This document shows positions 57,804-64,000 of a stretch of 64,000 bases of DNA, piece by piece. The notes below the pieces were generated by a model. That model saw only the letters and a program-made list of their open reading frames with translations, was not told the origin of the DNA and made no database searches. Source of the DNA: Dehalococcoidia bacterium (lineage in GTDB: Bacteria; Chloroflexota; Dehalococcoidia; Plut-88900); the NCBI GenBank assembly GCA_965207225.1, contig CBDBLV010000002.1, forward strand, positions 160,001-224,000. The letters run 5' to 3'. The first letter of the stretch is position 1, and every line of letters begins with the position of its first letter. The position numbers were made by a program, and so were the translations under genes.

Positions 57804-58934
57804 GTGGGAGACTACAGGATTATTTCATCTGACAATCATATAGTTGAACCCCCGGACCTGTGGACCGAGAGGCTGCCTGCTGAATATAAGGAACGCGGCC
57901 CTACGGTTAAGCACACTCCCGATGGACCCTTCTGGCACATCGATGGGCAGCCCCATTTCAACATCTTTGCTATGGGTGCACAGCCCGGCGACAGGTTGGA
58001 AGGAGACGGCAGGCTGGACCAGGTCGTGGACTGGGAAGAAGTCCGCCCAGGCGCCTACATTGGGGAAGAGGCGGTAAAGGACATGGACATAGACGGCCTG
58101 GACGTCGGCCTGGTGTACCCGAGTCTCACGATCTTCCTCTACCCCTTCGTGGAAGACACTAGCCTCCTGAATGCCATTGATAGTACATACAATGACTTCG
58201 CCGCTGAATTTTGTCAGGCCAACCCCAGACGCCTGAAGGGTGTCGCAGTCGTCAACATCGACAACATTGAAGAAGGTGTCGAGGAAATCAAGAGGTGCGT
58301 GAAGAAGGGATTTGTAGGGGTAACAATCCCTGAATACATGGCAGCCAAGAGCTACCGCTCCCGAGACTACGACCCACTCTGGGCTTGTGCCCAGGACCTG
58401 GATATCCCGCTCACGTTCCACATCTCCACGGCCAGGGTACAGGCGGGTCGGGGGTGGGACCGAGACCTGCTTGACCCCTTCGACTTCGCCAACTTCCTCC
58501 TACACAACGCCGACTTCTGGGTGCGGGTATCCCTTACCGAGGTTATCCTTAGCGGCGTCTTCGAACGCTTCCCGAAGCTGAAGATTGGTGTTGCGGAGCA
58601 TGAACTCAGCTGGATCCCCTACTGGCTGGAGCGTATGGACTTCAGCTACAACGACAGGGCCGCCGGCCAGGACGGATACCGCATACCGGGTGACCTGGCC
58701 CCCAGCGATCTCTTCCATTCCAACTGCTTCGCCGACTTCCAGGAGGACGCCCTGGGCATCCAGAACAGGGACATAATAGGCGTGGACAACATCCTCTGGG
58801 GCTCCGATTACCCCCACTCCGAGGGCACTTGGCCCAAGTCCCGAGAGTTCATCGAGACAACCCTCGCCGACTGCACCGATGAAGAAAGGGCCAAACTGGT
58901 CGGTGGCAATACGGCCAGGATCTACAACATCTAA
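57804..58934 (+). CDS. Amidohydrolase_2 family protein
   Basis: 'SSDNHIVEPPDLW', 'WGSDYPHSE'. Confidence 0.9.
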   Translation: MGDYRIISSDNHIVEPPDLWTERLPAEYKERGPTVKHTPDGPFWHIDGQPHFNIFAMGAQPGDRLEGDGRLDQVVDWEEVRPGAYIGEEAVKDMDIDGLDVGLVYPSLTIFLYPFVEDTSLLNAIDSTYNDFAAEFCQANPRRLKGVAVVNIDNIEEGVEEIKRCVKKGFVGVTIPEYMAAKSYRSRDYDPLWACAQDLDIPLTFHISTARVQAGRGWDRDLLDPFDFANFLLHNADFWVRVSLTEVILSGVFERFPKLKIGVAEHELSWIPYWLERMDFSYNDRAAGQDGYRIPGDLAPSDLFHSNCFADFQEDALGIQNRDIIGVDNILWGSDYPHSEGTWPKSREFIETTLADCTDEERAKLVGGNTARIYNI

Positions 58935-58973
58935 AGGCTCTACGGCTTCGCAGAAGGGGGAGTTCAGGGGCGG

Positions 58974-60623
58974 ATGACAAATCACAGGAGCAACGGATCG
59001 AGTGAGTGGGACGCCATCGTAGTCGGGGGCGGTCACAACGGTCTCGTTTGCGCTGCGTATCTCGGCAAGGCCGGCCTCCGGGTCCTCGTCCTCGAGTCTC
59101 GTGAAGTCTTCGGGGGCCCCAGCGGCAGCTTTGAATTCATGCCCGGCTACACTGCCAGCTTCTCCAACTCACCGGGCTCCCTCGAGACCAGGGTAGTGGA
59201 GGAGCTCGACCTTGCAGACGCCGGACTCCGCTTCCTTCGCTCCGACCCCACGGTAATCCAGTTCTTCCCCGAACATCCCTTCGTCGTGTGGCGGGACATG
59301 AACAGGGTATGTGCCCAGCTCGACGCCCTCTGCCCCGGCGAGGGTAACCGATACCGCGGGTTCGTCGCCAAGCTGGAGGACTTCGCCACCAAGCTGAGGA
59401 CCTCGATTTTCAGGCCGGCGCCCGGCCTCGCCTACATGGCCGCTGGCCTTACATCAGACGAAGACAAAGATACGTTCGATCAAGTATTCCACGGCAGCCT
59501 GAGCGAGATTCTCTACAGGCACCTCAGGACCAACGAGGCCCGCACCCTGCTCGGCCTTCTCGCTTCCAACTCCGGCATGGTCCCCCAGTCGGCGCCCGGC
59601 ACCGCTACCGGCCTCATCCTCCGCCCCCTGGCCCTCGCATCCGCAGCTTCCCTACCCAGCGACGATTTTCGACGCATGCCCCTCCGCGGCTCCACGGGGC
59701 ACCCCATCGGCGGTATGGGCGCGATTATTGATGCGATAACGGCCCGCTGCCGAGGCTTCGGAGGGAGCCTTAAACTCGACACCCGGGTTGCACGAATACT
59801 TCACTCCGGAGGTCGGGCCCGCGGCGTAGAATGCGAGAACGGCGCGGTCTACACCGCACCCATAGTAGTATCCGCCATCAACCCCAAGACTCTATTCGGC
59901 AAGCTGCTGGACGACGATGCCGTTGGCTCGCAGATGAGGGATGAAGTCAGCCGAATCCCGATGCGCGGCGCAGCCTTCAAGATGGCCCTCGCATTAGACG
60001 GGGTACCTTCCTATGCGGGTCTCCCTGATGATCTCTCCCAAGAACAGGCTTCAACCTGCCAGATACGTGTTGCCGCATCGATGGAGCACATCGAGGAGTC
60101 CACTGTCGGCGCCATAGCCGGGTACCCTTCTGAAACTCCGATAATTTGGGGCCTCATCCCCTCCGTCGTTTCCCCAGACTTGACCCCTACCGGCAAGCAC
60201 ATAATGAGCTGGAATATCTGGCACGCCCCCTACGATCTGGCTGAAGGTACATGGGACGAGGAAAAAGACAAGTTCGCCAAGCGGTGCATAGAGACCGTGA
60301 CCCGCTACATGCCAGACCTACCGGACCACATCATCGACTATCGAGCCTTCAGCCCCTTGGACTGCGAAGCCGAATTGGGCATCATAGGCTCCAACATCAC
60401 CCACGGCGAAATGCTTCCCCACAACCTCTTCGGCCCCAGACCCCACCGCCTTGCCAACGACTACCGCACTCCCCTCAAGGGCCTCTATCTTACGGGTGGA
60501 GGCGTATGGCCGGGTGGTTTTGTCACCGGCGTCCCGGGCCGCAACACCAGCCAGGCGGTGCTGGCCGACCTCCGATGGGAACAGGATCGCTCAGCACCTC
60601 TCGCCGAAGCAGTGACCGGCTAG
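58974..60623 (+). CDS. Phytoene-dehydrogenase-like NAD(P)/FAD oxidoreductase
   Basis: 'VGGGHNGLVCAAYL', 'GGMGAI', 'YRTPLKGLYLTG...PGG'. Confidence 0.85.
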   Translation: MTNHRSNGSSEWDAIVVGGGHNGLVCAAYLGKAGLRVLVLESREVFGGPSGSFEFMPGYTASFSNSPGSLETRVVEELDLADAGLRFLRSDPTVIQFFPEHPFVVWRDMNRVCAQLDALCPGEGNRYRGFVAKLEDFATKLRTSIFRPAPGLAYMAAGLTSDEDKDTFDQVFHGSLSEILYRHLRTNEARTLLGLLASNSGMVPQSAPGTATGLILRPLALASAASLPSDDFRRMPLRGSTGHPIGGMGAIIDAITARCRGFGGSLKLDTRVARILHSGGRARGVECENGAVYTAPIVVSAINPKTLFGKLLDDDAVGSQMRDEVSRIPMRGAAFKMALALDGVPSYAGLPDDLSQEQASTCQIRVAASMEHIEESTVGAIAGYPSETPIIWGLIPSVVSPDLTPTGKHIMSWNIWHAPYDLAEGTWDEEKDKFAKRCIETVTRYMPDLPDHIIDYRAFSPLDCEAELGIIGSNITHGEMLPHNLFGPRPHRLANDYRTPLKGLYLTGGGVWPGGFVTGVPGRNTSQAVLADLRWEQDRSAPLAEAVTG

Positions 60624-60721
60624 CGGTCACCGCCTTCTAGCCCCGACGCCCTATAGCCTCCATCCCCGACCGTCTTTACAATACCGACCATTACGGTAAA
60701 CTTTCCCTTCGTTCCCATTCT

Positions 60722-60812
<91 letters not shown>

Positions 60813-60899
60813 CCCGATAAACGACCCTAAGCCCCTCGGCCCCAGACCCCCGTACCTGAATCAGTTCGCAATGTCAGCCACTAATGTCTTGAAAGGGAT

Positions 60900-62051
60900 A
60901 TGGTGCCGCCCATGCCCATAACTAGCTTGATTTCCGCAGATTCCCACGTAGTTGAGCCCCCTGACCTTTGGCAACTCCGCATCGATGACAAATTCAAAGA
61001 CGCCGCTCCGAGGCTCGTCGAGTACGACGGCGTACATCGTTGGGTTGTAGGTGGAGACGTGAACCTGGGCTCCCTGGGCGCTCCTTCCCAGGCGGGCCGC
61101 CGGTATTCCGGGCTTGAAGGCCTCGGACTCGGCGCCCGTATGGAAGAAGTCCCCGAGGCTTCATACGACCCTGCAGCGAGACTGGAAGCTATGGCTGTCG
61201 ACGGCGTCGAGGCTGAAGTGGTCTACTCTACCATCGGCACCAGAATCTATACGTCAACAGTCGGTGGGGAGTTGATGTCCGCGTGCTTCCGAGCGATGAA
61301 CGATTGGTCAGCGGAGTTCGTAGAGGCCTATCCCCAAAAGCTAGCCGGGACAGCCTTGATCAACATCGAAGACGTGGATGATGCTGTAACCGAGCTTGAG
61401 AGGTCCGCCCGACTCGGCCTGCGCGCAGCAGCCATACCCACCTACCCCGGCGACGAGGCGCCTTACCGAATGCCGTCATATGACAAGTTTTGGGATGCCG
61501 CTCAGCGCCTGGGCATCCCTCTTGGAATGCACGCCGGCTCCGAGCGCCCGGGGCCCGGTAGGTTCAGCATCGGCGATTTTGTGATGCCGGAGCAGAAGTC
61601 CGGCGACGCCTCTTTCAGGTCCACCTATCACTATTGGGCGATGCGCTCTGTCGCAGACATGGTATTCGCAGGAGTCTTCGAGCGATACCCGGACCTCCGG
61701 CTTGCCGTTGTGGAGCACGATGTCGGCTGGGCGCCCCACTTCATTCGCCGCATGGATATGACTTACGCAGAGCACCGCTATGTCACCGAAATCCACTTCG
61801 ATAACGACGCCCTCCCCAGCGACTTCATCCGCCGCAACGTCTACTTCACCTTCATGGAAGACCCGATATTTGTGCCGCTGCTTTCCTTTGTGGGCGCTGA
61901 TAGGGTAATGTGGGGGTCGGACTACCCCCATCGGGAATCGACTTGGCCCAGGTCTCGCCAAGTGCTGGACCAGGTGCTCCAATACCTTTCGGATGAAGAG
62001 CGAAGACGGATAACTCACACCAATGCCGCAGAACTCTATGGATTGGGATAA
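60900..62051 (+). CDS. Amidohydrolase_2 family protein
   Basis: 'ISADSHVVEPPDLW', 'WGSDYPHRE'. Confidence 0.9.
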   Translation: MVPPMPITSLISADSHVVEPPDLWQLRIDDKFKDAAPRLVEYDGVHRWVVGGDVNLGSLGAPSQAGRRYSGLEGLGLGARMEEVPEASYDPAARLEAMAVDGVEAEVVYSTIGTRIYTSTVGGELMSACFRAMNDWSAEFVEAYPQKLAGTALINIEDVDDAVTELERSARLGLRAAAIPTYPGDEAPYRMPSYDKFWDAAQRLGIPLGMHAGSERPGPGRFSIGDFVMPEQKSGDASFRSTYHYWAMRSVADMVFAGVFERYPDLRLAVVEHDVGWAPHFIRRMDMTYAEHRYVTEIHFDNDALPSDFIRRNVYFTFMEDPIFVPLLSFVGADRVMWGSDYPHRESTWPRSRQVLDQVLQYLSDEERRRITHTNAAELYGLG

Positions 62052-62071
62052 CCTGACAGGAGAAGACTGAA

Positions 62072-62593
62072 ATGCTTGAAGTGGAGAACATCAAAAAGAG
62101 CTTTGACAACAAGTTCACCCGGCAGTTTGGCTTTCCCAAGAAGAGGCCGGCCACCAAGGTCAAGCCCTATATGTCGGACAAGGAAATGGAGTTCGTGCGG
62201 GAATCTCCCTTCCTGGTTATGGCCACTAGCGGCGCTGACGGCACCTGCGATGCCTCTCCCAAGGGCGGCAAGCCTGGCTTCGTCAAAGTCCTCGACGAGA
62301 CCCGCCTCCTCATCCCGGACGTCGCCGGCAACCGGCTGTTCCAGTCTTACCTCAACATGACCGACAACCCCCACATCGGCCTCATCTTCTTTATCCCGGG
62401 AATTACAGATACCGTACGCGTCAACGGGAAGTCCGAATTCGTAACAAAAGAGGAGCTCAAGAGCCTGGAAATCGAGCTGGAGGTCCACAACCCTGACGAC
62501 AACTCCAAGGTCCAGCAGGGCATCCTGGTCACCGTGGAGGAAGCCTACGGCCACTGCCCCCGGGCCCTGAACTTCTCCAAACTCTGGGGTTGA
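62072..62593 (+). CDS. Pyridoxamine 5'-phosphate oxidase-family (PPOX, FMN/F420-binding) protein
   Basis: 'DASPKGGKPGFV', 'IPDVAGN', 'VRVNG', 'HCPRA'. Confidence 0.85.
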   Translation: MLEVENIKKSFDNKFTRQFGFPKKRPATKVKPYMSDKEMEFVRESPFLVMATSGADGTCDASPKGGKPGFVKVLDETRLLIPDVAGNRLFQSYLNMTDNPHIGLIFFIPGITDTVRVNGKSEFVTKEELKSLEIELEVHNPDDNSKVQQGILVTVEEAYGHCPRALNFSKLWG

Positions 62594-62646
62594 CCCGGCC
62601 CCTCCTCCCTTCCGTCCCCACATCGCTAAAGCACTCGAGGACTCAA

Positions 62647-62904
62647 ATGTCGTTTGCCGAAATTCTGGGTACCGCCGGCGTCAGCATGATTCTTGTTGGG
62701 TTCACCCTCAACCTGTTTGGCATTATGCAACGGCGCTCTTACAAATACGTGCTGCTTAACCTTGTGGGAGGTGCGCTTGCCTGCACGGCCTCCATCCTCA
62801 TCGAGTTCTTCCCCTTCGTGATCCTGGAAGGGACTTGGACTGTTGTGGCCGTGGTCGGCTTGGCAAACCTGCTGCGGTCCCGAAACGTCAGAGAGCAGGC
62901 GTAG
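62647..62904 (+). CDS. CBU_0592-like small membrane protein
   Basis: 'YVLLNLVGG...PFVILEGTW'. Confidence 0.7.
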   Translation: MSFAEILGTAGVSMILVGFTLNLFGIMQRRSYKYVLLNLVGGALACTASILIEFFPFVILEGTWTVVAVVGLANLLRSRNVREQA

Positions 62905-62990
62905 ACCTTGCCCCGACTCACTCCCGTGTTTCTACGTCGTATCCCTCAGGCAACGAATAAGGACCTCCGCGTGAATCGGGGCCCGAGCCA

Positions 62991-64000
62991 GTGACTTACT
63001 CCTACGCCCCCACCCCCACCTATCCCCGCTACCGATGGGTTGTTCTGACGTCCTGGATGCTGCCCCATCTCTGGAGCTTCGTCTTCCTCTCCAGCCTGGG
63101 ACTCATGCTGCCCAGCATCAGGGAGGAACTTGGACTTACCGGTATTCAAGAAGGCCTGTTGGGAGGGGCATCCCAGCTGGCCAACATCCTCCTTGCAGTC
63201 CCCTTCGGCTGGTTCCTCAGCCGCTTCAACCCCAAGCACATCACCACTATCAGCCTGTTCTGCGCAGCCACCCTCATCTTCTTCCAGGCCTGGGCGCCCT
63301 TCTACATCCTGCTGCTCCTGGGCAGGTTCCTCTACGGCGTCACCGCCGTCGCCCGAGAACCAGCCTGGGTCATGCTCATCCGCCGCTGGGTTCCGCCTCG
63401 GGAGATCGTAATTGCCAACACCATGGGTAACTTCATGTGGGGGTTCGTGGCCCTGGGCATTATGGCCGTGCCCCTGCTAATCAGGATACTCGACGATAGC
63501 TGGCGCAACGCATCCTACGTTATTGGACTGAGCCTACTCGTCCTGAACCTTGGGTGGCTATTCCTGGGCCGGGACGGCAAGAACCTGGAAACCGCCGTAC
63601 AGGCCCCGACCGAACGCATAAACCCCTTCGCAATCGTCAGGCGCCACAAGGAGCTTTGGCTTCTTGCCTTCGGCATGTTCGGCCACGGGATCAATTTCAC
63701 GGGCTTCTCTACCTTCTGGCCCAGCTTCCGCTTGGACCATTTTGGGATGTCGGAACTCGAGTCCTCGGTGGTCATGGGTATCGGAGGCCTCTTCACTTCC
63801 TTCACCGGGCTCAGCGTCGGATTGTACGTGAGCCGCAAGGGGGGCAAGCGGACGGTGCTCATGTTGTCCGGGATCATCCTCGCTGCCTCAGAGATGGGAC
63901 TGCTCTGGGTAGGGCCCTTGTGGATCCTGGTCCTGCTATTTGTGGTGCAGAGCCTCGGCTGGACCTTCTTCCCCGCCGCCACCACCATCCCCTACGAACT
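62991..64000 (+). CDS. MFS transporter, 3' truncated by window edge
   Basis: Manual translation from GTG 62991: 'YPRYRWVVL...LGLMLPSIREELGL...LGRFLYG'; hydrophobic helices. Confidence 0.75.
   Translation, partial: MTYSYAPTPTYPRYRWVVLTSWMLPHLWSFVFLSSLGLMLPSIREELGLTGIQEGLLGGASQLANILLAVPFGWFLSRFNPKHITTISLFCAATLIFFQAWAPFYILLLLGRFLYGVTAVAREPAWVMLIRRWVPPREIVIANTMGNFMWGFVALGIMAVPLLIRILDDSWRNASYVIGLSLLVLNLGWLFLGRDGKNLETAVQAPTERINPFAIVRRHKELWLLAFGMFGHGINFTGFSTFWPSFRLDHFGMSELESSVVMGIGGLFTSFTGLSVGLYVSRKGGKRTVLMLSGIILAASEMGLLWVGPLWILVLLFVVQSLGWTFFPAATTIPYE

Overview
High-GC bacterial chromosome segment. The gene content (cofG/cofH, an LLM oxidoreductase, eight family-III CoA-transferases, several Amidohydro_2 paralogues, a PT-rich lipoprotein) suggests Chloroflexota, Dehalococcoidia/SAR202-like; this is inference only. 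Bases 1-10.3 kb are the right part of an integrative defence island: an R-M C-terminus, Shedu, a tandem replication-relaxation protein, two HTH proteins, a UDG-fold protein, a DUF6946-like nuclease, a RelE/HTH toxin-antitoxin pair, a HEPN protein and a large serine recombinase ending in a tRNA-like att remnant. The rest is core and catabolic genes (sthA, thrS, rsmI, dnaJ, cofGH, dnaN, glmU, three tRNAs). The most unusual signal is non-coding. Three long intergenic regions (about 19.3-20.6, 40.3-40.9 and 49.1-49.7 kb) each carry a diverged copy of the same element: a sigma70 promoter, a 310-460 nt multi-hairpin region closed by the stem GGCGATGGAAGGTCC/GGACCTTCCATCGCC, covarying internal stems, and a conserved 3' tail. 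Two of the copies also show a predicted UCGGA/UCCGA loop-loop pseudoknot. I do not recognise it as a known RNA family and propose it as a candidate new large structured ncRNA or RNA-based mobile element.
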